Assembly: GCF_963676685.1 (NCBI RefSeq)
Contig: NC_092344.1
Location: 113,460,001 to 113,524,000, forward strand
DNA: 64,000 nucleotides
Direction: 5' to 3'
Source: Mytilus edulis
Lineage: Eukaryota
This document shows positions 1 through 13,300 of the stretch, piece after piece; position 1 is the stretch's first letter; each line of letters opens with the position of its first letter. The position numbers and the translations under genes are program-made. The notes under the pieces are model-generated. The model saw only the letters and a list, made by a program, of their open reading frames with translations. It did no database searches and was not told the origin of the DNA.

Positions 1-398
1 ATGTTCATCGCCAAATGTTCCAGAAAAATGCCCAACAAAATGCTCATCAGAAAATGAAGGTATTTTTCAAACACATCGATACGTCACTCTACTTTTCTCG
101 GATGACACTGACGATTGAATTAGAGAGATCTGATATGATTGATATTAATTAGTTTTGATAAGAATTTATCAAACTGAGTTTAGATCAAACTATAAGCAAT
201 TGTATGTCACTATAAAGCTTTCAACAATGAGCAAATCTCACACCGTATAGTCAACCATTAAAAAGTATTGAGATGTGAAACAGTTCGAATGATAAATCTC
301 ACGGCATGATCTATAACAACAACAACAAAAACAAAACACGACTGAAAAACAAAAATAGGTAACAGATGTAGAGATGAATCAACTGTTAAAACGTAAAT

Positions 399-2247
399 AA
401 CTAGAGGCTCTCAAGAGCCTGTGTCGCTCACCTTGGTCTTTGTGCATATTAAACAATGGACACAGATAAATTCATGACAAAATTGAGTTTTGGCGATGGT
501 GATGTGTTTGTAGATCTAACTTTACTGAACATTTTGATGCTACAACTATCTCTATCTATAATGAACTTGGCCCAGTCATTACAGTGGATATTATTTTCTA
601 AAAATTTACAAAAATTTATGAAAATTGTTATAAAATTGACTACAAAGGGCAATAACTCCTTAAGGGGTCAGTTGACAATTTTGGTCATGTTGACTTACTT
701 GTAGATCTTATTTTGCTGAACATTTGGCTGCTTACAGTTTGTCTCTATCTATAATAATATTCAAGATAATAACCAAAAACTGCAAAATTGTATTTAAAAT
801 TACTAATTTGGGGGCAGCAACCCAACAAGGGGTTGTCTGAATTGTCTGAAAATTTCCGGGCAGATAGATCTTGACCTGATAAACACTTTTACCCCATGTC
901 AGATTTGCTCTAAATGCTTTGGTTTTTGAGTTATAAGCCAAACACTGAATTTTACCCCTATGTTCTATTTTAAGCTGTGGTGGCCATCTTGGTTGGTTGA
1001 CCGGGTCAAGCCACACATTTTTTAAACTAAATACCCCAATGATGATTGTGGCCAAGTTTGGTTTAATTTGGCCCAGTGGTTTCAGAGTAGAAGATTTTTG
1101 TAATAGATTACTAAGATTTACGAAAAATGGTTAAAAATTGACTATAAAGGGCAATAACTCCTAAAGGGGTCAACTGACCATTTCAGTCATGTTGACTTAT
1201 TTGTAAATCTTACTTTGCTGAACATTATTGCTGTTTACAGTTTATCTCTATCTATAATAATATTCAAAATAAATAACCAAAAACAGCAAAATTTCCTTAA
1301 AAATACCAATTCAGTGGCAGCAACCCACTAACAGGTTGTCCGATTCATCTGTAAATTTCAGGGCAGATAGATCTTGACCTGATAATCAATTATACTTCAT
1401 GTCAGATTTGCTCTAAATGCTTTGGTTTTTGAGTTATAAGCCAAAACCTGAATTTTACCCCTATGTTCTATTTTTAGCTATGGCGGCCATCTTGGTTGGT
1501 TGGCCGGGTCACGCCACACTTTTTTTAAACTAGATACCCCAATTGTGATTATGGCCAAGTTTGGTTTAATTTGGCACAGTAGTTTCAGAGAAGAAGATTT
1601 TTGTAAAAGATTACTAAGATTTACGAAAAATGGTTAAAAATTGACTATAAAGGGCAATAACTCCTAAAGGGGTCAACTGACCTTTTCGGTCATGTTGACT
1701 TATTTGTAAATCTTACTTTACTGAACATTATTGCTGTTTACAGTTTATCTCTATCTATAATAATATTCAAGATAATAACCAAAAACAGCAAAATTTCCTT
1801 AAAATTACCAATTTAGGGGCAGTAACCCAACAACGGGTTGTCCGATTCATCTGAAAATTGCAGGGCAGATAGATCTTGACCTGATAAACAATTTTACCCC
1901 TGTCAGATTCGTCTAAATGCTTTGGTTTTTGAGTTATAAGCCAAAAACTGCATTTTACCCCTATGTTCTATTTTTAGCCATGGCGGCCATCTTGGTTGGT
2001 TGGCCGGGTCACGTCACACATTTTTTAAACTAGATAGCCCAATGATGATTGTGGCCAAGTTTGGTTTAATTTGGCCCAGTAGTTTCAGAGGAGAAGATTT
2101 TTGTAAAAGTTAACGACGACGGACGACGGACGACGACGGACGACGGACGACGACGGACGACGGACGACGACGGACGACGGACGCCGGACGACGGACGCAA
2201 AGTGATGGGAAAAGCTCACTTGGCCCTTCGGGCCAGGTGAGCTAAAA
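399..2247 (-). mobile_element. Non-autonomous Helentron-associated (HINE/DINE-1-like) element with three ~503-bp internal tandem repeats
   Basis: Subterminal inverted motifs GCTCACCT/AGGTGAGC at both ends. Hairpin GCTCACTTGGCCC-TTC-GGGCCAGGTGAGC at ~2214-2242 and (GACG/GAC)n microsatellite at ~2113-2197. Palindrome AGGCTCT-CA-AGAGCCT then CTAG terminus (minus strand) at ~401-420. Repeat units start near 633, 1135 and 1637. Confidence 0.8.
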
Positions 2248-5200
2248 ATGGAAATTGTTGGGACAGACACAGGAACATGTGAAAGGCACAACTAGCAGCA
2301 ATTCATTTAAGATATCTACCTTCCAAATTGTATTCACAACCACTAAAAAAGAGCCACAATAAAAAGACTGACCTCTATATATATTGACAAATTATTTTTC
2401 ACTCTTTTTTGCAGGTTGATGTAAATGAATGATACGGTTTTGTCCCAGTTTTGACGCTAATGCATAATTTATGGTTACTCTGTTATCCTTGTATATATGT
2501 ACAAAATATGTATCTCTATTTATGTACAATCTAGATAATACAATAAATATGATATATATTTCGTTTTGTTTCGTGTAAGCAATGACCAAGTTCTTGATAT
2601 GACAGATATATGTTTAGTTATACTCGATGTATATATAGTTTTTATATCACATGCTATCTCTGTGATTTAAAAAGAATCCCCCATCCAAGATTATATATTT
2701 ATTCACAATATTTCAGGCACAAAGGTTTTTTTTTTAAAGATTTCATAGTAATTCTCTAACACACACTAGCATTGAATTTGAATTATTCCAAATACTTGCG
2801 ATCGAAATGAGGGCATATTTCAATCAATCTATGCCGCTCAAGATGGCTGTTTAACTGTCAGACCGAGAACATGATAATACGAAATGAATATTAACCCTAA
2901 TTTGTTTTAGATGGACAAGCTGTGCTGGATTTTAATGTGTTTAATCACAAAGATGATAGTCCGCAACAATACATGTCACCTTACCCGTACACATTAATAC
3001 GCTTCCGAGGCGACCAGCCTGTTCTCTTACTCCTAAATTTCTCTTTTTTCAAAACAAGTATACTTAATATATTACCTTCTATATTCATCAACTGCTTCTT
3101 CAAACAAACATTTGGAATCACGATGGGCACCATTTGTTCGTCAAACGCTTTTAATTTTTCAAAAATTGTATGGTACTGATAAATATTTATTGAACGGTTG
3201 CAACTATAAATGAATCAAAGACTGTATTCAAATGACAGTATACATATTTTATGACCACTTTGCATCATTGTTTAACGCATTTGATTTATTATTGATATTT
3301 CCTCTCCCAGTAAAAGAGACAAGAGATGAAAGTAGTCAACACACATCTTTTTCCCCCTCTGAACAACTGAATTGATAAATTTACATAATGCTTAATAATA
3401 TGTAACATTGTGTCACCATTGCTACACAGAGTTCAACACCATATACCACTCGTCCAACTAGGTTTTAAACAAGTATAGCTTTTGTAATTTGGGTAACGCC
3501 ATAGAAAATTGAGTATGTATGAACACAAATATATTTGAAATAAAATAAACATCAAAATAAATAATGAAAGTAGTTTAATGGTAATAAAATTTGTAATGGT
3601 GACATGAAACAAAAGTAACAATAGTAAAATATAATTTATTATGATGATATTTCTTCATTGTACATACTGTAAAGTGTCGGAATGTTGGTTTTTCTAAAGG
3701 TAATTATAAAGTAGGAATGATAAGAAACCAAATGATTATTGATAAAGTCCGAGCTGTAAAGGTATTGTATCTATTACGTGTAAAATGGTTAGAACGCTCC
3801 ATTCCGTCTCATACATTGAGTTTTTATTAATAATTTTTTTTTTAGATAAATGAATCCTACGCCTCGCGAACATATTGAGTTGAATAAGGAAGTATTGGAA
3901 ACAGAATTATGTTTCAGTTACATCGTGTAATAATAACAATTAATTAGACAGGGTTTTAAACAAAATTCAGAAATTTGAATGATTTGATTTTGACAGTTTT
4001 TTTATCAGTTTATTTTATTTATTTCGAATCAATATGATTTAAGTACTGTAAACTATTTAATTTCATCTGACGAAAAACTTTCCACATTCCTATGAAATGG
4101 CTCAAACGGATTGATGAAATAATATCAAGGTATTGTTTTTATGAACCAATTCGTTTCGTGAATAAAATTTTGTAAATATTTAAGACTTTTACTTTTTTGT
4201 AGATATTGTAAAAAAAAATATCATTAAAACACAACAGTTAAATTTTATTTAAATGAGAGAAAAACTGAAATAACCATACAAAAATTGTATGTTAGAGAAT
4301 AGATTCAATAAATAATGGCGTAAATATTCAGAAAAAAAAACCTCCCTCTTTTTATAGTATGGTTTCCACAAAAATCGGAACAATAACGTTTAAGCTCCCT
4401 TTTATATGCAAAATCATCATCATCATAATTCGACAACATCTGTTACGAAAATTCATATCACAACCGGGTTTACCGGCTAAAATATTAAATCATTTGTCGT
4501 TATGTTACATTAAAGATACATGTGTTTATTACAATGCATATCAACATATATACAAACAAGTAACGATACGACTTATAGATTACTTAGATAAAAAATAGAA
4601 TTGCTAATATACGCTTCGACATCTTGTAGAATCTAAAGGTATTGAAAATAATCATTATGATTATCCAAAGAGCACTTAATTTGCTGAATTTTATTCAGTG
4701 CATAGTAAAATTATCTCGTTCATAAAAACTCCGCGAAGGTTTAAGAACGTTCATACCACCGGTTTGAACGGAATTCCTACCTTGTTTTATCATAGAAAAG
4801 GCACGTTAATATTTTAAATAAATTACAATTTTCTGTACAAAAAGTGCACCACATACACCGGATTTCTATTTCATCAGATCATAAAATTACCAAAAAAACG
4901 TAGATTATAAAGGCCATTGTATTGAGCAAACATATTTTATACTTCAAACTATACGACTGACCCTAAGCAGAAAATGGATTGGACGTTTTTTCTTCAAAGT
5001 GTCGATAAAGAAAGAAATAAAACAATCAGGAATTAAAGATTTTTACAATAAATTTTGAACTCTATTCTGTAAATCTCGTTTTGTCACAATTATGGATAAT
5101 ATATACTCGTAATTGTCTATAGATGGATTTCGTGAAAAAAGAAAACATTTGACTAGTTAAGATTATTGCATCGAACAATTTTCGAAAATGGAATGCAGTT

Positions 5201-5649
5201 ATGATTGTCTTATTAAATTTGATCACAATTTTGACAACAAAAACTAGCAAGAAATAGTACATTTACAATACTAAATGAAATACAAAATAAATATGTCACT
5301 TTTTAATGAATACATGCTTGTATGAAAAAAACCCAACTGGAAGGCTTAAAAATCGTGCCTTAGTCTTCAACGAATTCATAAAGCTAAATTTTCAAAACAG
5401 TTTAAGACTCAATGCTTCTTAATATGTTCATCATACCTTTCTGGTGTACTACACGACCAATAAGATCTGGTTTTATATACATTACACTTCACTTTATAAG
5501 TTTGTCTTACATACATGTATAAGTATATTCTAATGAAGGCACACAACCGATCACAATTATTTCTATGATTCACCAAAAATGCTACGTCTATATCTAATTG
5601 TTAAAATATTATTCTGCATCTATCACTATTAGTTTGAAATAATTATCAT

Positions 5650-6770
5650 ACCATCACATTACCTCACATACTACCAGATATCATCACATACTAATAAAGA
5701 TATAAAGATATATACCAGATTTAATCAAATACTATCAGATATCTGTTCAGGCAATCATATATTATCATATACTATTAGATATCATCACATACTATCAGAT
5801 ATCATCACTTACTATCAGATATCATCACATACTATCAAACACCACCATATACTATCAGATATCATTACATACTATCAGATATCATCACATACTCTCAAAC
5901 ACCATCACATACTATCAAACACCATCACATACAATCAGATATCATCATATACTATCAGATATAATCACATACTATCAAACACCATCACATACTATCAAAC
6001 ACCATCACATACTATCAAACAACATAACATACTATCAAATATCATAACATACAATCAGATATCATCACATACTATACAAATATAGCCTTTGTATGAGGTC
6101 GATACAAGGATATATTGATCCGAAAGAAGTATACTGACTGAATACGAAGTCCGAGGTCGATATACTTCTTTGGGTCGATAAATCCTGTATTGACCTCATA
6201 CATGGGTTTTGTAACGACTTGCGTTAACCAACCAAAATCCTAGATATATACTCAGCCGGGGATAACATCATATACTACCAGATATTATAACATACTATCA
6301 GATATCATCACATACTATCATATATCAACACATACTATCAGATATCATCACATACTACAAGATATCATCACATACTAAAAGATATCATCACATACTATCT
6401 TTATCCTCACATACTATCATATATCATCACATACTATCAGATACCCGTTCATGCATTCCTATATCTTAACATACTATCAGATGCTAAAACATACTATCAT
6501 ATAACTTAACATACAATGAGATCATCAGATACTTTCAGATACCATCATATTACATAACATTCTATCATATAATACACTTCCTCGCATACTTTTAGATATC
6601 ATCTAATTGCATCCCATACTATCATATAGCTTCACATTACCACATATTACACTATATTAAATACTATCAGCTTAAATCACATCCAATCATGTTACATCAC
6701 ATAGCATCACATACTATTAGATTACGTCATACATCACATACTATCAATATACATCACACACTATCAGATT
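5650..6770. repeat. ~20-bp minisatellite (ATACTATCAGATATCATCAC) in the 3' UTR of the GPCR, contiguous with the stop codon
   Basis: Dozens of degenerate copies are visible. The array is interrupted at ~6080-6265. Confidence 0.9.
6090..6202. mobile_element. Palindromic MITE-like remnant inserted in the minisatellite
   Basis: Imperfect inverted arms TGTATGAGGTCGATACAAGGATATATTGATCCGAAAGAAGTATA ... TATACTTCTTTGGGTCGATAAATCCTGTATTGACCTCATACA. Confidence 0.6.
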
Positions 6771-7334
6771 CATTTTCTTCGCTTTTATCATCTGGTTTCT
6801 TTTCTTGAATTAACAAAGTTGTAGATTCACCAGATTCCGAAATAACTTTATTCGCTTTGGGGTCTATGTAATAACTATATTTTGGACGAACAATTCCATT
6901 AGATGGTGTCGATGATTGAATAAATACATCTTTACAAGCCCGTCGTTGAATAAGTTCTGGAAAAGGTTCCAAGCTTTCTGTCATAAAGGATCCATTTTGT
7001 AAAATAGGCGAATGAACATCTGCTACTGTAATGGCTATTTTACTAAACGATGACCTTTGACTGAATTGTTCAAGATCGCTATTTAAAAACCTTTCAGTTT
7101 CAGACCCAAAGATACCACTATCAGCAGCACCATTGTCTTGTGGCAAACTTCTGTTAGAACGTCGGTCTTGATTATAAGCAACTAAATTTACCCCAGTCTG
7201 AGAACTCCCTAAAAGGTCTGAAAGCTGTCTTTTGCGTTCATGGGTAAATTTCATACGATTTACTTGATCATAATGCATATTCGACTCATGTCTCTCAGGT
7301 ATGAATTGTTCTGGGAGCTCGGGTTTCATATAAC
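6754..7334 (-). CDS. aGPCR exon 29: intracellular C-terminal tail ending ...ENESDSV*
   Basis: 191-aa ORF. Acceptor ttgtag gives G|GT TAT ATG, in phase with exon 28. Confidence 0.85.
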
Positions 7335-10300
7335 CTACAATTAAGATATATATATATATACAGTAAATTTGTTTTGCAGTAGTTTACTGATGTATCGGTT
7401 AATCGGAAAAATCATGGTAACAAAAAGTAGTTGCGGGAATTATATGTACTCCAAGAGATCGGGAATTATATGTACTCCAAGAGATCGGAAATTATATGTA
7501 CTCCAAGAGATCGAAACCTGGTTCGCTAAACAGTATAAAAGTCTCGTGTAAATAAAAGTGATGTAACTGTAGAATTGTTACTTCTCTTAAATTTAATAAT
7601 TATTATTGGAAGGAAATAACATACTGCTGTCGTTGTAAAGAACACTCCATTTTATTATTTGGACCATAGTAAACCTATCAAGCTATCAAGCATATAGAAG
7701 TTGATAATATTATAAACTAAACTGTATAAGAAATTATTGCATAGCAATATAATAATTCCCACAAAAAGTAACCAAAAGTTAGCGTGCAATAAATTCCAAT
7801 ATTGCACTAGTGCAATAAATCTTTAAAATTAATGACGTTATCAACGACAAAATCTTAGTTTAAACCAATTCTTACTTTTAAATATTATATTGCTATACAA
7901 TAAAAGGGTTATTGCTTGAATATTGGGGAATATTGTCCCTCGTAAAACATATATTGCACTCGCAAGCTCGTGCAATATAAAATTCTACTCTGGACAATAT
8001 TCCCCAATATTCATGCAATAACCCTATATTACTCAAATTATAGGCTACACGGAAGAGCAAAAACGTACAATAGCACATGCGAAGATACTAAAAGTATATC
8101 TTTAATATTGCATGGTTTAATACAAATAAAAAGTACATCTTTTCGAAAAATGGTAAATTTCACGTATTTTCTATTTCTATATGTTATATCGAATTATTAT
8201 TGCTTTTGTCTGACTTATCGAATAATTAATTCTTTTGTCTGACTTATCGAATTATTATTGCTTTTGTCTGACTTATCGAATTATTATTTCTTTTGTCTGA
8301 CCTTTCGAATTATAAATTACCTTTAAATGAGCTGCTGCTTTGGTTACGATTCTGAAAATCAAATAAAAACACTTTTGAATTTAATGTAAATACACTTATA
8401 TTTCTTCAATGCTCGAGTATGTTTCTTGAGTCTGTTATATATACCATTTTATTTTTACCTTCCTCTGTTTATCGAAATTGAAATACAGACCATCCAAAAT
8501 GTTTTTTTCTTATTCGGTATTAGTGTGCGTGGCGTGATCTACATCTAAAGAAGAATGCACACGGCTGACATATTAAATTGCACTCATATTGAGAGTTCGG
8601 TTCGATTTCATGGCTGTTACTTTTGAGATGAAAACTTAATTGCATACATATTTCTAACACATATATTTTTCCATCAATTCGTGACAATTACACCATTTCT
8701 TTTATAAAAATAAGGGTTACCGGAAAAGAAATTTTTTAAGTCATATTCAATATCCCACATTCAATTGATTTTTAACGCTAATATCATGAAAATCTAATAT
8801 TTGAATAAAAATTGTTGTGAAACTGCCTTTTTTTCTCATTTAACCAGACAGTACCTCCCGCCTTTTGTTGTATATGGAATGTAGATCAATATCAAGTATC
8901 AGCCACACACGATACCTACCATTTGTTGCATTGGTGGTTTATTTTTAAACGGTGACAGCCTTCTCCAAAGAATTGTCATTATCTGAAGACAGATAAATAT
9001 ATTCGTTATTCAACTACTTAGTATATATTGCAATATTTTTCTTCTAAATTTTTGCAATAGACTACTTTTTATAAAAAAAAAAACTTTTGACAAGAAATAA
9101 CAAGAAAAAACTGACAAAAACTATGCAAAGAATAACGACCACAGAAACTAGGACACACGCCTCTAATGATATAATACTTCTGGAGCACCTGAGATCACCC
9201 CTAAGTTTTGGTGGGGTTCGTGTTACTAAGTCTTTAGTTTTCTATGTTGTGTCTTGTGTACTATTATTTGTCGGTTTGATTTTTGTATTTTGTGGCCATG
9301 GCGTTGTCAGTTTATTTTCGATATATGAGTTTGACTGCCCCTCTTTTGCAACTAAAAAATATGTGTTGTCTTACCAGTGCGGTGATAATAAAATAATACG
9401 TTATGGTTTAAGGTAGATCATAAGTATATGTTTTTTGAGACAGAATTTTCTTGTAATTTGACAAAATGAAGATTTTCTTATGCTGTTTTCAAAAATATAA
9501 TAAAAAGTATGGGTCACCGTGCTATTTTTCAAGCTATGAGTCATTGAAAATTGCCTAAATTTGGTTAGTTTGTTCATGAAAAAACACATAACAGTGCATA
9601 AAACAAATTCTATGAGATAGAATTTTGAAAAAAATTGTGAGAAGATAGGTTTTATAATATGTTTTAAGAAAATAAAAAGAAAACATGGTGTCTCCGAACT
9701 TGTTTTCTTGCCACAAGTAAAAATAAAAAATTTCCCTATTAGCCCAGTATAAATTTTGTGCTAAAAAAGTTATCTCCCCTTAAATGGCTCATTTGAAAAA
9801 AATGATTTTAAAAACCAAAAAGGTTGATATTTGTTAAGATATTTTGAATAATACAATAAATCAGCAAGTTTTCTTTATATAAATAAACAGTCTAACCATT
9901 AAATTGCAAATCTGTTTCCAAATTTGCTGATTTGGGCAAATAACTAGACCGATTTTGTACTGTGATTGTACAATCCAAGATGGCGGTATACCATGAATCT
10001 ACCTTAAAGGACTCTATGAATCAAGTAACTGGTTACTTATGATTTATAATAAAAACTCACTAATAGTTATACATCAGGGACAAATATATTGACAATGAAC
10101 TGTTTACACCGTTTCATAATTCGAGTAGATATGTACACTAGTTAAATATCGAAACATTTGTTTCATTAATATTAAATAACTTATTAAAGGTAGTAGTACC
10201 GTACCTCCTTATCAATAACGCATCGTGATATGAAAATAACCATCACCTACAAAGAAATTGAAAAAAAATGTTTTAAGAAACATCTCACTTATTTGTTTGA

Positions 10301-13300
10301 TGTAATATATATATTTTCTATTAACATTTTACGTATACTTCCAATTCGGTTTTATATTGAATAAGTGATGTAAATAATGTGATCTCAAAAACATTATTTT
10401 CAATATATAAACTAAGACAATGCGCCATTGACACAATTTATCTGATAACGTGCAGGAATAAACAAGCATGTACCGAGAATATAAATGTTACAGCTTCCCA
10501 TGTTGTTTAATTATTTCGAGATCGTCCAATAATGAATTTGCTAAAAAAAAATCAAATATAAGAGTATAATCTTTGTAACATTGGAATATTGATTTGAGAA
10601 GTAATTTCAATTATTGAATTAGAGTAAAGAAGAAATATGATGTATTTTTCAAGTTTTATTTATAGAAGCATATTAATTTTCCTCCTAAACTTGAATTTCT
10701 AGAGTAAGCTTAATTTATGTGCACAAAACAGTAAACATTCAAAATAGAACATACCAAACAACAACCAGAACTAAGTAATGAGATACCTAGATATACTTAC
10801 CAATAAGATCACGAGAACTGAATATATGCCAAGATAAACTTACCAATAAGATGACGAGAATTGAATATGAGATTACGTATCCATCATGGTCACCTCTACC
10901 TATACCAGTACTGAGGTAACTCACAACATTTAGTAAAAGTAAAATTGAAATGGATTTCAGGCAAGTAACACTGAAATTCAGAAAAGGTAAAATTGAAAAA
11001 AGTGGTACATACATGTATACGCTACATGTAATGTTTCATCTCAGATTACAGAAATAAAGGAATCATAAATTCACTACAAATCTCTGTATCATTGAGAAAA
11101 AATATTTTAATGTTTCTCAAAAAACACCACTCTCCGCTCTCTTACTTACTTAGTAGTTATTAAAAGAAGATTTAATGTATCCATGATCACAGAAAGATAA
11201 AAAAAAACAAAACAAAAAAAACGACAACCCCGCAGAACGATCAAAACGGATTCGTAAAAATTGAAAGATTTATTTACAATCATTGCAATTTTGCAATAAT
11301 ATAGACTATAAAACATGTTTTTCTATACACGATACTACAATTGGTCACCATTATTTTAAAGATTGGCTCAACCATATTGTTCGGCATGAAGGTAATTGAA
11401 GCTACAAATTGTTTGATTTAGGTTGCGAAAAGGAAAATACAAGGCGATTCAGGTAGCAAATACATCAAGGTGAATTGACTATCGTTCAACTACATATTTG
11501 TCAACTTCTGTAAATTGATATTTCTACGAACAGTCAGTATTCTTTTTATTGTCACTGAATGTATTCCCCACAATGTGTTTGTGTTCATTTGAAGCAGAAT
11601 TGACAAAAGATCTTTTTAAGGTCAAAACGAAATAACATTACTTCATAATTTTGCTCCTTTAAAATGACACAGCTGATTACTATTTTTTTTTATGTTACTT
11701 TCGGTTATATCGCTTATTACGCGTTCGGTACTTTGACGTTGATCGTTCCTAGTGAAGATGCATCTTGAAAAGCGCTTCGGACGATTTATCTTTATGAAGC
11801 GTTTTTTCTTCATTTATTTAATTTCTTTTTCACATTGGTAAACTGCTGCGGTCTCTTAATTAATATGAAATAATGAATAAAACATGAAAAATAATATTTC
11901 AAAAACACTTTTTGTTGAAGTATTCATCTAATCAAGTTTCCATCTTAAATCTTTCTGTACATATTTCAAATTGTTTTGAAAGTATGATTTAAAATTTTCT
12001 CACCAGAATGTTCGCTTTGACGTATATCTGGCTTCATCTTGGTGTCGTATGCATGAGTGCAAGGCAAATATCAGCATGAATAAAATGGCCTAAAATGAAG
12101 ATAAACAGCACTGTTACACTAGATTTCATTTATTATAAACTGAACAAAATGAAGATAGTCGTTAGCGCCAAGAATATCATAGATTATGATTTTTAGTAAC
12201 CCCTTATTTCTTAATATTTGTTTTTTAATTAACCTGATTGAAATACAATGTATTTTTAATGATAGAACGTCAAACATCGGTATTCAAACAAATCTCAATT
12301 ACTTATAATAAAAAAGCTCGACAAATAACAAGTTTTCAAATATTGTAAGTGTTGGTAAAACACAATTACAGTGAAAACTACAATCACTGACGTAATAAAG
12401 ATTAATTTATAAACAAACAGAACGAATTGAAAACAACTGACATATTCCTCATTTGGTACAGGAAATTTCCGAAGAGAATGTTGGGTTAGCTTAGTTTTAT
12501 AGCTAGCATAATCTCAAATTTGTATGACAATTGCTTATATGTAGTTCCGTGATATTGAAATAATAGGTAAATACATAAGGGTTTTTTGACGATTATTTTG
12601 TTTGTACATTATTAATATCAAATGACAGACCTTACACCCACGCCAAGAACAATTTACTTACAATATCTAAGGCTACAATAGGAATGATGAATCCATAAAA
12701 ATGCCACTGGTCACCTTCAATCCAGCATCTATTGAAAATATTAAACTATACAGTACATGTATAGAATAAAAGCAACATCAGTTTACGATACACTTTGTTT
12801 TTTTCTGTCTATGAATTATTATCAATATATATCTTTTTCACACTTATACTTTAAGATGGTATAAAAAATAATGTACGATTTAAAAGGTAAAAATGAAATG
12901 TTTAAAACTTTTTTTCCCAATCTAACTACCTTTAAACGTATTTTTACAGAGGAATCTTGCACTTCATAAATGCATTTTACATAATTATATGTAATCTTAC
13001 ACAAGTAAGCTGTTATCATTTGCTGGAAATATTTTTGATGCAACACCAAAGAAAATTGCCAGAATCACTGGTATCACTATAGAAAAAACAAAAACATATT
13101 CATTAGTTTAATATAAACCATGATTACAAATCCTTAATGTAGGACTGAACCCTGTCTTTGCTGATTTCAGTCTCTTTCATGGTGATGCTAGTAATGATTT
13201 TAATGTAAATAAATTCCGAAGATGAAGATCATCTATAAAAGCGAGTTTCTTTTGAACGTTGTCGGTTTTTCGCTGTGCATGTACTGTTTTATGTTATGGA

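Noticed and set aside
1-120. Cys-containing plus-strand fragment (CSSPNVPEKCPTKCSSENE) that could be an exon of a neighbouring gene
   Set aside because: It is truncated by the window edge and too short to support a call.
449-2291. Short ORFs in the first 2.3 kb and ORFs at 44334-44914 and 50057-50594
   Set aside because: They lie inside non-coding repeats or MITEs and show no domain signal.
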